Source: an uncultured Bacilli bacterium
Lineage (GTDB): Bacteria > Bacillota_I > Bacilli_A > RF39 > UBA660
Direction: 5' to 3'
Assembly (NCBI GenBank): GCA_947629315.1
Contig: CANRDB010000001.1
Span: forward strand, 4,829 to 68,828
Length of the DNA stretch: 64,000 nt
How positions within the stretch are numbered: position 1 is the stretch's first letter; each line of letters opens with the position of its first letter. Shown piece by piece: positions 13,195-24,784 of the stretch. Below the pieces are notes generated by a model that worked only from the letters and a program-made list of their open reading frames with translations, did not search any database and had not been told where the DNA came from. The translations under genes and the position numbers were made by a program.

Positions 13195-13401
13195 ATGAGA
13201 AAAAATATTTTAACAAACAGAGAAAAAGAAGTGTTTGATTTGTTAATTCAAAACTATACAACCAAAGAAATTGCAAAGCAGTTAAAAATTAGTGAAAAAA
13301 CAGTTCGAAATCACATCTCGAATACCATCCAAAAAATTGGTGTCAAAGGAAGAGCAGCTGCTGTTGTTGAACTATTACGGCTAGGAGAAATTTCTTTATA
13401 A
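13195..13401 (+). CDS. GerE/LuxR-type HTH transcription regulator (stand-alone 68 aa)
   Basis: LTNREKEVFDLLIQNYTTKEIAKQLKISEKTVRNHISNTIQKIGV is the LuxR C-terminal HTH. The size and stand-alone form resemble GerE. Confidence 0.75.
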   Translation: MRKNILTNREKEVFDLLIQNYTTKEIAKQLKISEKTVRNHISNTIQKIGVKGRAAAVVELLRLGEISL

Positions 13402-13448
13402 AATGCATGTATATGCATTTTTTTCATATAATTTATTGAGGTGTTACT

Positions 13449-14405
13449 ATGTTAAAAAACATGTCTATGAAAAAAATTATTACCTCTTCTATTGTATTGA
13501 TGATTGTCTCTCTTCTTTCCTTTCTCCCCAACAAACCCAATAATCAGTTAGAAATTCCAACGAGTATTGAATATGTCAGTCAGAATGTTCAAACCCATAC
13601 TATCTACTTATTGGATAACAATAACTATATCAGTAAAACATCAATTAAAATTCGTTCGGAAGATAAAGAAGACATCGCTCGAGAATTGCTAGAGACTATG
13701 ATTCAAGAAGGAAAAAATAGCGATCAAATTCCTAGTGGATTTCTTCCCATTATCCCTAGCAATACAAAAATTAATGCCTTATCCATTCAAGAAGATACTC
13801 TGAAAGTAGACGTTAGTGCAGAGTTCCTAAATACCTCCAAAGAATTAGAAGAAAAACTGATTGAAGCTGTCGTCTATACTTTAACGAGCATTGATGGCAT
13901 CCAAAACATTATTCTTTATGTAGATGGGAACATCCTAACGAAACTTCCGCAAACGAAAATCAATCTTCCTACCACTTTGAATCGTCAAATTGGCATTAAC
14001 AAAACATATCAATTAACCGCTCTTACCAACGTCACCGCCACCAACATCTACTACATTCGTAAATACAACGATAACTACTTCTATACGCCTGTTACTAAGA
14101 TTACCAATGACAATCGAGAAAAAATAGAAATTATTATTGAGGAACTTAGTAGTTCGGTTCCTCAAAACAATCTCATGAGTTTTCTAAATAGCAATACCCA
14201 ACTACTGAATTTTACGATTGATTATGACCAAATGATTATCTGTTTTGATGAATACATTTTTAACGATTTAGAAACCAAAGACATTTTGGAAGAAGTCCTC
14301 GATACCATCTCTCTTTCCATATATGATAACTATCCAGTAGAAGAAGTAATCTTTCAAGTCGATAACCAAGAAATTGCGAAAACTACTGTAAAATCTATTG
14401 AATAA
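13449..14405 (+). CDS. GerM-domain-like spore germination/sporulation protein
   Basis: N-terminal signal/anchor and two repeated domains with GerM-like motifs (LLETMIQEG...IPSGFLPIIPSNTKINALSIQEDTLKVDVSAEF). Confidence 0.5.
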   Translation: MLKNMSMKKIITSSIVLMIVSLLSFLPNKPNNQLEIPTSIEYVSQNVQTHTIYLLDNNNYISKTSIKIRSEDKEDIARELLETMIQEGKNSDQIPSGFLPIIPSNTKINALSIQEDTLKVDVSAEFLNTSKELEEKLIEAVVYTLTSIDGIQNIILYVDGNILTKLPQTKINLPTTLNRQIGINKTYQLTALTNVTATNIYYIRKYNDNYFYTPVTKITNDNREKIEIIIEELSSSVPQNNLMSFLNSNTQLLNFTIDYDQMIICFDEYIFNDLETKDILEEVLDTISLSIYDNYPVEEVIFQVDNQEIAKTTVKSIE

Positions 14406-14451
14406 TATTATTTTTTATTGTATAATGTACTTGTTCCTTTGGAACGGGTAT

Positions 14452-14528
14452 GTCTCAGTAGCTCAGCTGGATAGAGCATCGCCCTTCTAAGGCGAGTGTC
14501 AGGGGTTCGAATCCCTTCTGGGACACCA
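14452..14528 (+). tRNA. tRNA-Arg (anticodon TCT), CCA encoded
   Basis: Hand-folded cloverleaf: acceptor GTCTCAG/CTGGGAC, anticodon stem TCGCC/GGCGA with loop CTTCTAA, T-loop TTCGAAT. Confidence 0.85.
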
Positions 14529-14537
14529 TTCGAGAAT

Positions 14538-14561
14538 AACTTGCTTCGGCAAGTTTTTTTT
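14538..14561 (+). terminator. Rho-independent terminator after tRNA-Arg
   Basis: Hairpin AACTTGC-TTCG-GCAAGTT followed by a T run. Confidence 0.6.
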
Positions 14562-14651
14562 ATGCCTTTTCAAAATTTTAAAGGAAAATTCCATTCAAAT
14601 TTACATTCTTTCCTATTTCATGATATAATGATAAAAGTAAAATAATAGAGT

Positions 14652-17600
14652 ATGAGGTGTCACATGAGTCAATCGGATAAATTAAAACAAATAACAGGTA
14701 GAGTAAAACGAGAAATGGACCGCACCATTCGTGAAATTAATCGTTACTATGCCAGTTATAGTCAAGAATTAGAAAACAGACAGATTCTAGATCCTAACAA
14801 CGAAGAACAAAGGGCTTTAGCAGAGCAATTCTTTCAAAGAGAGACAGAAAATCTAAAACAGGAATTACATCAATTCATCGAATCTGGCATCAATGAAGAA
14901 GATGCCTTAAAAAGTGAATTACCTCGCGCTTATGCTTTAGTCAAAACAGCGAGTAAATTTTTATGGAACAAGCCTCACTATGATGTTCAATTAATGGGTG
15001 GTATTCTTTTAAATGATGGATATGTTTCCCAAATGGCTACTGGGGAAGGAAAAACGCTAACAGCTGCCCTCCCCGCCTATTTAAATGCTCTTCTCGGTAA
15101 AGGAGTACATGTCTTAACACCAAATGCCTATCTAGCAAAAAGAGACCAAGAAGAGATGGGGGAACTCTACGGCTTACTAGGTCTATCTTGTGGTCTTGCC
15201 AATACTGAACGATTCGATTTTACACAGGCAGATGTACAGCGCCGAATGGATGAAATTATAGCGCGAGAAGTTTCCGAACTTTCTTATCAAATCGACTGTT
15301 CTTCAGCAGGAACTAAAAAAGGACGAAAAACGGATACGGAAACAAGCCAAAGAAGAATTAAAAAATGAATGTCTCGCAAGAAAAAGAAAAGTATATCAAA
15401 TGGATATTGTCTATGGAGCAACCCATGCCATTGCTTTCGATTATCTATGGGATGGTCTTGCGCAAGAGGAACAAGGGACCGTACAACGGATTGGACAACC
15501 AAACTTTGCTATTATCGATGAGGCAGATGACGTACTTTTTGACAGTGCGAGAACTCCTTATATTATTTCCGGTTCTCAAGAAGATGAGGAATTGAGAATT
15601 CGAAGTGAAGATGCCGAAAATGTGGTGAAATCTATCAAACAGGCAAATGAGGCAGTTTCCTATCTATACGATACCATTCAATTTTGGCAAAGAAAAAATG
15701 GAGAAGTTCTAGAAGGAGAAATCCCTGAAAATGAGAAACACAAACGAAAAGATTATGTCTCTTTTGAAAATGACATGAATCTAGCGCTCATTACGACATC
15801 GCAAACTCGTGAATGTGAATTAACCACCCTAGGAGAAACGATTATTTTTCAAAAGTACTATGGACAACAAATTCAAGAGATATTAAATAAAAATCAAGAT
15901 CTTATTATGTCATTGGAACAAAATGGAGCTCCCCTACTAAAATCGAATGTGGACTATTTCATTAATTTAGATGGAGAGATTTCTCTTGCTCCTCGCGCAT
16001 TTGCTTACTTAGTCGCGGGAGAATACATCTCAGAGTTATCTAATCTATTTGTTCATTTCCGTGGGAAAGAACTACTCCAAGATAGTGAATTTATTCAAAA
16101 TGCTTTGAAAGCATGGTTCACGTATCAAGAAGGACATGATTATGCCTTTGATGAGAAAACTTCATCAGTAGTACCAATCATTAACGGTCGAATTTACAAA
16201 GGTAGAAAATACGCTAAAGGATTTCAACAAGCTCTAGAAGAAAAAACCAAAGTATTATTACAAAAGCAATTGGGAGATAGAGCGCCAAAAATCAACGAAT
16301 CCAGACTAACAGAGACATTAGCGTCTATCCCTACCAATGCTTTCTTTGCTCGCTACCAGAAAGTTGGAGGAATGACGGGTACTTCTGCTGTTTTTGCTTT
16401 CAATAACCTTTATGGTCTAGATTCCTATGCGGTACCGAGAAACCGTCCTCGACAAGTTATCGATCACGGAGAGAGATTCTATACAAATAAGGATGCGAAA
16501 TATGAAGCTATTTTCCAATTGGCATTACAAGCCTATCAAACAAAACAACCACTCCTTATTTCTACCACTTCTACGGAAGAGAGTGAACTTCTACAGAAAT
16601 ATTTAATATCTCGATTAGAACAATATCAAAGAGGACTTCCAGAACGGGAAAGAAGAGCGATTAAGATTCCAGTTTTAAATGCCAGTGTTACCAAGTTGGC
16701 AGATGAAGCTAAAATTATATCTAACGCCGGTATTCCTGGGGCGATTACCATTGCAACTGAAATGGCTGGTCGTGGAACAGATATTAAATTAGGAGGAGAA
16801 GTTCCTGATAAACAAGAATTAATTCAGTCCATGCTTAAAATTAAAGTAAGGTCTCTTGTGGAAAAAAGAAAAAAAGCAGGTCTTGTCGATGAACAAAAAT
16901 ATAAAACACAACTGACTTATAAAAAAAGAATAGACCAAGAAGCAAGACAGTGGATTATTGATAACATCGGTATGGATGCCATTGCCAAAGAAATTGAAGA
17001 ACCTTATCGCCTATTAAAACAAGAAAAAGAACAACGAGAAAGTTTTATTAAAAACAACTCAGCGTTTAAAGGATTAAAAGTTGTCGTTTGTGGACATTTC
17101 CCATCTGCACGGACAGATGACCAAGTCAAAGGTCGATGTGGAAGACAAGGTGATCCAGGAGAATATATCTTCCTAAGTGATCCTGATGATTTAGCGCATG
17201 TTGGTATCAATCCTACTACCATTGAACGTCTCAAGATTATCGCTAATAGCCAACCAGATCACTGCATCGTAGAAACAGCGAACTCCAAACTATTCCACCT
17301 TCGAAAAATGATTTTATCCGCACAACGTCATAACGATAATATGAGTCATGAAAACATTCTCTCCTCTCTTCAATTTGATGCCGCTATCAGTACTTGCCGA
17401 GAGAGTGTTAGAAAAGTAACTGATCGATTCAAGCAAACAGAAAATTACATATCTTATATGAAGATAGCGATTGATAATACCTGTCAAAGTATTCTAGAAG
17501 GTTCTTCTGAAAATAAGAACTATACTTATCCTGATATAGAACGAAGTACCATCCAAAAGGCACATCTTAATCTTCCAAAAGTATGTTCTCTTTGTGAAGA

Positions 17601-18366
17601 CTTCCTTGGGGTAGAGATATCCCCTGAACTACTCGCATCCGCTAGAACAGTTCGGGATGTGAAAAATATAATCGAACAGAAAAGTACTCAGAGATTAGAA
17701 GTCTATATCGATCAACAGAAAAAGGAACAAATCAAAAAGTTAAAAGAGAAATATCAAAAACATAATGCGAGAATCTTAAACATTTCGGAAATCGTCAATT
17801 TATTCCGACAGACAGGAATTCAAGGATTAAAAGGTTATGTGCAAGAGCGTCTTAACTTCAAAAAATATGCAAAACTTTCCGATATCGAATTAGAAGCGGA
17901 AGTTACCGAAACGCTCAATGAATCTTTCAAAGAAAAATTTTATCAAACTATCAATCGTGCATGGGATAAATTTGAAGAAGATATTGAGGAATTTAAATTG
18001 CAAGTACAATGGACGAATCAATTTGAGTCTCATCCGTTGTCACCAGAAAGCATTCAAAGTTCTATCCAACGTGATTTCTTTCACTGGATGGATACATACC
18101 AAGCAAGACTCGTCCATGATACGATTCATCCAAGCATTTCTAAAGAGAAAGGTCCAAAGGAAGTGTATCCCGTAAGAATTACGACCGAGGGCATCCAAAG
18201 AGTTGCCGATGATTATGATGAAGAATTACAGGATGAAATTACCAACATTTCGGAAGAGGCATCTGTTCTTGGAGTACTTTCTAGTGATGAAATCGTCCCA
18301 TACAAATTAAAGCCATACGTCAGTATGCCAAATCGAAACGTAGAAAACAGAGGAAGAAGAAGATAA
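14652..18366 (+). pseudogene. Divergent SecA-like (SecA2-type) translocase ATPase, split by a frameshift near 15262-15320
   Basis: ORF 14652..15368 carries [41 protein letters not shown] 15400..18366 continues with DIVYGATHAIAFDYL, IIDEADDVLFDSARTPYIISG, ATEMAGRGTDIKLGG and GRCGRQGDPGE. The second frame is already open from 15262 and reads ...RKRKVYQMDIVYGA, matching SecA. The likely real start is ATG 14664. Confidence 0.75.
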
Positions 18367-18447
18367 TTCTTCTTTTTTCATTCCCTTATGCAACTTCATT
18401 ACTCCTTTTTATATTCTTCACGTACCTTATAATAGGAGGTTAAAAAT

Positions 18448-18717
18448 ATGAATGATGAAATATATCAATATGCTCTACAAAAAATTGAGTGTGATAGTCA
18501 ATTCAAGCCAATTGGATGTTATGGTAATTCCCGTGGCAGTACTGGCCCAACTGGCCCTACCGGTCCGACTGGTCCCCAAGGACCCGCTAGCATCACCATA
18601 GGTACCACAACAACAGGCGCTCCAGGAACAAGTGCAGCTGTTACCAATTCTGGTACTAATCAAAATAGTATTTTAAATTTTGTGATTCCTGCAGGAGCAA
18701 CTGATGCTATGTCATAA
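18448..18717 (+). CDS. Collagen-like protein gene, segment 1 of 4. As it stands it is an 89-aa ORF whose last 5 codons and stop come from element IE-1
   Basis: AGGAGG SD and ATG at 18448. It encodes a 31-aa N-terminal region, then GSTGPTGPTGPTGPQGP, then the module ASITIGTTTTGAPGTSAAVTNSGTNQNSILNFVIPAGAT. The host part ends at 18700 inside GGAGCAA|CTG. Confidence 0.8.
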   Translation: MNDEIYQYALQKIECDSQFKPIGCYGNSRGSTGPTGPTGPTGPQGPASITIGTTTTGAPGTSAAVTNSGTNQNSILNFVIPAGATDAMS

Positions 18718-18726
18718 ATCACAAAA
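18688..18726. other. attL of IE-1
   Basis: cctgcaggAGCAACTGatgctatgtCATAAATCACAAAA. It shares the 8-nt core AGCAACTG with attR1. The outer arm is the inverted partner (13 of 14) of TTTTGTGGTTTATG at 23121. Confidence 0.65.
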
Positions 18727-18742
18727 AAAGAATTGATTAGAA

Positions 18743-20977
18743 TCAATCCTCAATTTCTTTAATCAACATTTGATATAACGCACGATTTCCTTCCTCTGTT
18801 AAATGAATTTTATCCACTCGTACATATTCTTTATGTTGTTGAATCTCTTCATAAAAAGGAATAATATGGAGAGACGATATTCCCAATGTTTCTAGTAATA
18901 TCTCGTCCTCTTCTGTCATCGCTACTACATATAACTCATTTTCTTGGCACAATTGGAAAACTGTTTGTATTTCTTGTTCCAATCTTGGTACCTGACTATC
19001 AAAAGCTACTACTAATCGATAAGTTAACGTATTACTATCCGCAGCTTTTTGAAGTTCTTGTTGCAAATCTTGCCAAGTAAAATCTTGCCGAACAATAAAC
19101 TGTGCTTGTTGATATTCCTGATGTAGTTCATTAAAAATATTCACTAAAACATCATTACCGTAAAAGGTAATTTTATTTTTTAATTCTTCTTCATGATGAT
19201 GAATAATCTCTTCTTTTTTCTGTTGATATCGATCTAGATAAACTTGATAAATAGATTGATAAATTAAGTTGGTGTAAGCCTTTCTTCCTTCTGGAGTTAA
19301 GTGGATACCATCCGCATAAAAATACTTTGAATGTCCTTGTGATGCAGTCTCCCAATCAATAATATGTAAATTAGAATGACTCTTACTTAACTCTTTTAAT
19401 TTACTATTTACATGGACATCTTTATCGTTAGTAACCGTAATCCAAAAGACATCTCTATCACCACACGTTTGTAAAATTTCTTCCTTACAAGAAGAAGAAC
19501 AATCTCCATTCGCACCCAAATTCAATATTACAGGATTACCTAACAGATTACTATCCTCTAATTCTTCTAAAATACCGTTCGCTACCCAAATAGAACGTGA
19601 TACCTTCGCATCAAAATATCCATTTGGAAATTGTTTATAGAGATTATCAACAGCTCCTAACATAATAGAATCCCCGACTCCAACTACGGATAACTCAGAA
19701 ACAATCTTTTGAATTTCTTGTTCCCCATTCTCTAAATCCTCTAAAACAGAGAACCAATCTTCTTGTTCCTGTTGTAATCGATCCGCATACTCTTTTTGTT
19801 TTTGTTGAATAACCTCTTCATTAGCCGCTAACTCTTCTTTTAGTCTTTTCATTTCTGCCGTATGATCCTTCGTTTGTGCATAACAATAAACACCAGGAAC
19901 ACAGATGACACACAATATGATAGCCATCGCTGCATGCATTCTCGTTCTAGCATGGGGTCGACTACTGATGCTAAAATGAAAAACGGAACCTACTACAAGC
20001 ACTCCTAAAAGAATCGATAAAATCCGTACAGAATCCGACATTGAAAAGGCTTGCAAAAAGTAAATAATCGGATACTGAACCAAGTAGATGCAATAACTTC
20101 TATCTGAAAACCAATGAACAATTCGGTTTCCTACCCCTGCTAATTTGTTTACCATCAAAGTACTATAATCAATCATCCGACAAGTAATAAGAGATACTAT
20201 CAACATTGCTACTGCCCAAGAAGGTGCAGAAGCATCGATTGTTAAAAATAACCAAACTAAGAGAACAAAATATCCTCCAAAAAGACCATAGGCAATCAGA
20301 GAATGTTTCATGTTTTTTAGAATAAGTGGATAATAATAAAACTGAATAAACCCTAAAGTCATTCCCCAAAATAAGGAAAACATTCTCGTAAACGTATGAT
20401 AGTAAACCACCATAATATCTTGCGTGCCACTCATTTGATAAAAATACCAAGCACTTCCTATCGATACTACCAATAATAGTAAACAAGGAATCATTTTATG
20501 AATATGATCTCCTATTTTACGTAATATTTGATAGAAGAATGGAAAAAGCAAATCAAATTGCAATAAAATAGAAATATACCATAAATGCATAAATGGAGAA
20601 TCTAAGTGTCTAGCAAAATAATCTAAATTCGCCCCTAATTGCCAAAAATTATTATATCCTAACAAAACAGATGTTGTCTCTGGTTTTAAATTCAACCATG
20701 TATACTGGGAACAAAAAAACACAACAAAAAGAGTTAAGAACACAGTCAATAACAAAGGAAAATATATTTTAGTAAACAGTCTCTTATAATATTCCCAAAT
20801 AGAAAAATGATTCTTATGAAAAGCTGAAACGCACGATAGATAGCCACTTAACACAAAGAAACAACAGACCGCTAAATAGCCTCCTTTTAAAACATGCAAA
20901 TGATAAAGCAAAACGGCAATGCATGATAACACTCGTAAATAATCTAGTGCATAATAATACTTCTTAGTACTTTCCAT
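18743..20977 (-). CDS. OatA-like O-acyltransferase: acyltransferase-3 membrane domain + coiled coil + SGNH hydrolase domain + extra C-terminal domain
   Basis: About 10 TM helices with the N-terminal YLRVLSCIAVLLYH motif, then VVGVGDSIMLGA (SGNH block I) and DGIHLT (block V). Confidence 0.8.
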   Translation of the reverse strand: MESTKKYYYALDYLRVLSCIAVLLYHLHVLKGGYLAVCCFFVLSGYLSCVSAFHKNHFSIWEYYKRLFTKIYFPLLLTVFLTLFVVFFCSQYTWLNLKPETTSVLLGYNNFWQLGANLDYFARHLDSPFMHLWYISILLQFDLLFPFFYQILRKIGDHIHKMIPCLLLLVVSIGSAWYFYQMSGTQDIMVVYYHTFTRMFSLFWGMTLGFIQFYYYPLILKNMKHSLIAYGLFGGYFVLLVWLFLTIDASAPSWAVAMLIVSLITCRMIDYSTLMVNKLAGVGNRIVHWFSDRSYCIYLVQYPIIYFLQAFSMSDSVRILSILLGVLVVGSVFHFSISSRPHARTRMHAAMAIILCVICVPGVYCYAQTKDHTAEMKRLKEELAANEEVIQQKQKEYADRLQQEQEDWFSVLEDLENGEQEIQKIVSELSVVGVGDSIMLGAVDNLYKQFPNGYFDAKVSRSIWVANGILEELEDSNLLGNPVILNLGANGDCSSSCKEEILQTCGDRDVFWITVTNDKDVHVNSKLKELSKSHSNLHIIDWETASQGHSKYFYADGIHLTPEGRKAYTNLIYQSIYQVYLDRYQQKKEEIIHHHEEELKNKITFYGNDVLVNIFNELHQEYQQAQFIVRQDFTWQDLQQELQKAADSNTLTYRLVVAFDSQVPRLEQEIQTVFQLCQENELYVVAMTEEDEILLETLGISSLHIIPFYEEIQQHKEYVRVDKIHLTEEGNRALYQMLIKEIED

Positions 20978-21122
20978 ATTTCAAACCTCATTCATTGTGA
21001 TTATATATCATAAAGCCTTAAAATTCAAGACACTTTACGTCAATCCTAACTAATATTTTGTGAGAAAAAAACATGATTATTTGTTTCATTTTATTTTATG
21101 CAATTAGAAAGGAGTTATACTG

Positions 21123-23120
21123 TTGAATCAAAAAAGAGTGGCATTATATCTACGATTATCCAAAGAAGATATCGACAAGCCAACCAAGTTCTCTATCAGC
21201 GAAAGTATCAAAAATCAAGAACTATTACTGCGTGAAGAAGTGAAAAAACACCCTGATTGGGTCGTAGTAGCTGTCTATTCTGATGAAGACTTTTCAGGAG
21301 CAGGAACTTATCGACCAAGCTTTGACAAAATGATTCATGCCTGTGAAAAGCACATGATTGATATCATTCTCTGTAAAAGTCAGTCCCGTTTTTCTAGAGA
21401 TATGGAATTAATTGAAAAATATATTCATAACAAATTTAAAGAATGGAATATACGATTCATTAGTATCGTAGATAATGCCGATACTGATAACGATGGCAAT
21501 AAAAAATCTAGACAGATTAATGCTCTTGTCAATGAATGGTTTCTAGAGGATTTATCCGATAATATTCGGGCAACTTTACGAACAAAATGGCAGCATGGAG
21601 AATGTACCGCTGCTTTCGCTAAATATGGATTTCTAAAAGATCCCCAACATAAAAATCACCTAATCATAGATACGGTTGCTAGTCAAACCATTCAAGAAAT
21701 TGCTCATCTCTTTTTAGAGGGAAAAGGTCCAGAAACCATCGCTCACATTTTAGAACAGAAGCATATTCCTAGTCCTTATGAATACAAACTACAAATGGGA
21801 AGTAAACTAAAAATTCCTTTGCTTTCCTTAAACCATCCAAAAATAATTACTAAAAACGGAAAATATATTTTTACCCTTTTTCCAAGTGGAGAACCAATAG
21901 ACCATGTCGTCCTATCCATCCTACCATTTCAAGATTACGATATGACACTAACTCTCATAAAACAAAGTGGCAATGTAAAGGTTTATTATTCCCAGGAGAA
22001 ATTCTCTTCTGCTATCGAAACCGTATTGCCGGTTGAACATTCTTCATTTTGGAGACAATTGCCTATCAATCTTTCTATTTCTCATATTCAACTACTGGCT
22101 ATCTATTGTCTTCCAAACAATTTAGAAAAAACTTATTTAGAATGGGAAATAAACATCCATACCCTACCGTCTCATGATTTTTCTTTAAACATCCAATCCT
22201 TTGATGCAATACACCAACCAATTGATTTTTGGCAGTATCGAATCAGAAAAAAATATCAGTGGAATAGTCGGACAATCTATCACATTTTGAAAGATGAAAC
22301 TTATCATGGTACCTTAATTCAAGGAAAAACAAAGCGAATCAGTTATAAAAATCATACTAGTATTGCTACTCCCAAAGAGCAATGGTATGTTCAAGAAAAT
22401 ATTCTCCCTAAAATTCTAGATGATCAAACTTGGATAGCTATTCAAAATAAATTACAACTACATCCACGCGCAAGCAAAAATGGAAAACACCCTATCTTTA
22501 CTGGAAAAGTTTTTTGTGGAGTATGTGGAAAACCTCTTCAAAAAAACTCGAGCAGTTCTCTTGCTTCCCCTGTTAAAAAAGAATATTTAATTTGTAAAGC
22601 AAGAAAAGAACATTGGAAGAATTGTGAAAACAAAAAATCATTTCCCGTTTTAGAATTACAAAAATTAATCATTACTCAATTTCAAAATTTATGGAATTCC
22701 TATTACGATATGACTACCTTAAAGCAGATTCATAAGGAAGAACCCCATCATCAAACTATAGACGATCTCATGAAAGAAGAACAAAATTTACAAGAAATTA
22801 TCCAGCAGAATAACCAAATTCTTTATCAATTATACAAAGATAAAAGCACTGGCCTCATGGATGATTCTTGTTTTCATACCCTACTTCTACAAAATCAACA
22901 GGAAATGGATACTTATCACCAAAGATTGCAAATGATTGCCCAAGAGTTAAAACAGATTCAAACGAAACAGGAATTTTTCATGTCTACTGTGTGTGAATTT
23001 CTCAATACTCATTCCTTTGAAGACTATTTTTCAACCATTCTACAGCATTTTATTAGCAGCATTTTCATTGGAAAGCTGAACCATCATCAAAGAACAATCC
23101 AAATTCATTGGAAAATCTAA
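21123..23120 (+). CDS. Large serine recombinase Rec1 (665 aa, TTG start)
   Basis: [12 protein letters not shown] (catalytic Ser), [10 protein letters not shown], a recombinase domain, a zinc ribbon (CGVCGKP...[11 protein letters not shown]), a coiled coil and a C-terminal IQIHWKI tail. AGGAG SD 7 nt before the TTG. Carries about 150 extra aa compared with Rec2. Confidence 0.9.
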   Translation: MNQKRVALYLRLSKEDIDKPTKFSISESIKNQELLLREEVKKHPDWVVVAVYSDEDFSGAGTYRPSFDKMIHACEKHMIDIILCKSQSRFSRDMELIEKYIHNKFKEWNIRFISIVDNADTDNDGNKKSRQINALVNEWFLEDLSDNIRATLRTKWQHGECTAAFAKYGFLKDPQHKNHLIIDTVASQTIQEIAHLFLEGKGPETIAHILEQKHIPSPYEYKLQMGSKLKIPLLSLNHPKIITKNGKYIFTLFPSGEPIDHVVLSILPFQDYDMTLTLIKQSGNVKVYYSQEKFSSAIETVLPVEHSSFWRQLPINLSISHIQLLAIYCLPNNLEKTYLEWEINIHTLPSHDFSLNIQSFDAIHQPIDFWQYRIRKKYQWNSRTIYHILKDETYHGTLIQGKTKRISYKNHTSIATPKEQWYVQENILPKILDDQTWIAIQNKLQLHPRASKNGKHPIFTGKVFCGVCGKPLQKNSSSSLASPVKKEYLICKARKEHWKNCENKKSFPVLELQKLIITQFQNLWNSYYDMTTLKQIHKEEPHHQTIDDLMKEEQNLQEIIQQNNQILYQLYKDKSTGLMDDSCFHTLLLQNQQEMDTYHQRLQMIAQELKQIQTKQEFFMSTVCEFLNTHSFEDYFSTILQHFISSIFIGKLNHHQRTIQIHWKI

Positions 23121-23281
<161 letters not shown>

Positions 23282-23288
<7 letters not shown>

Positions 23289-24784
23289 ATCCACTCTATA
23301 GTAACTACTCTTTTTCCCTGTTCTATATTGCCAATTTGTATTCGTTGAATAAAATTCTTTACCGTCTTAAGGGAAAGTTCAAGTTTTCTTTTAGAAAAAG
23401 AAAATGACATTTGTTCTTTTTTCATATTGGCAAGAGTATTTGATAACTTCTCTAACTCTTTGATATAACTTTTTTTGAGATTTTGAAAAACCTCATCATC
23501 TAGTTGTTGTTGAACATAATCGTCATACACTTTTTTTAAGCCTCGTTCTTTTTGATGGTAATCTTTTTCTAATCGTTCAAATTCTTTCTTATATAATAGA
23601 TTCTGTTCTATACTATATTGCTTCTCATATTCTAAAAGCAATTGTTCGTCGACAAATTGATGATAAAACTTCAAAAATTCTTTGAACACTAAAGATTCTA
23701 TCACATCCAAACGAATAGAGGTATGATTATCACAATGTTGCCAATAACTTCTTCTATCACGACAAACTAAATACGAATACACAGAATGGCTAGAAGAATT
23801 TTTTTCAAAGGATTGTCCACATTTTTGACAATATATTTTTTTACTAAACTCATAAATTTTACCCGTTTTAGATTGAATTCTCGTCTTTTGTTGCATTCTT
23901 CTTTGTACCTCATTCCACATCGATAAAGAAATAATCGGGTCATGCTGATGAGATACAACAATCCAATCCTTTTTTTGAAGAGAAATTACCTTTTTATTTT
24001 TATAGGAAATTTTTCGATATTTTCCCTGTACTACACTACCAATATACACTTCATTTTTTAAAATATCTGCAATTGTTTTTTCACTCCATTGATTACTAGT
24101 CGATGGTCCATAATATTTAGAACCTATTTCTTTTTTATATTGACTGGGAGTTGGAATCCCTTGATGATTCAAACACTGCTTAATTTTAGAATATCCATAA
24201 CCTTTCGCATATAACGCATATATTTGTTGAACATATTTAGAAGCAATCGGGTCAATTTCTAAATGATTTTTATCTTTCTTTTGGTAACCAAAAGGCGCAA
24301 AAGAACCGGTAAATAGACCAACTTCTTTTTTATTTCGTAATGTTTTACGAATATTTATAGAAGAATCTTCCAAATACCATTCATTCATCAAAGCATTGAT
24401 TTGTCTGGTTTTTTTATTTTCTTCTACAGAGGTATCAGCATGATCAACTAAACTGATAAAACGAACGTTCCACTCTTTAAATTTATTATGAATATATTGT
24501 TCAATTACTTCTAAATCTCTCGAAAAGCGAGACTGACTCTTACATAATACAATATCAATATTTCCTTGTTCACAATCTTTTAGCATGCGGATAAAAGCTG
24601 GTCTTTCTCTATCGATACCAGAGTAATCCTCATCAATATAAATATCAAAGATATCCCATCCTTCTTCTTGAACTTTTTGAAGTAACATTCTCCTTTGATT
24701 TTGAATACTTTCACTAAAGTCTTTTTTATCAATATCTTCTTTGGATAATCGCAAATAGATTGCTACTCTATTGTTCCCTATCAT
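23282..24784 (-). CDS. Large serine recombinase Rec2 (close paralog of Rec1)
   Basis: [36 protein letters not shown] (near-identical in Rec1), zinc ribbon CQKCGQ...[11 protein letters not shown], and the tail VVTIEWIF. The ORF track extends to 24796. MIGNNR at 24784 has the better SD (GAGGA). Confidence 0.9.

Noticed and set aside
15365-15595. 76-aa ORF in the SecA-like frameshift zone
   Set aside because: It is the third frame across the split. Its sequence has no SecA similarity, whereas the frame open from 15262 does.
18367-18447. Possible sigma-K/sigma-E-type promoter upstream of the collagen-like gene (cacgtaccttataata)
   Set aside because: The match to either consensus is too loose to call by eye. 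It resembles a generic AT-rich -10 and has no convincing -35.
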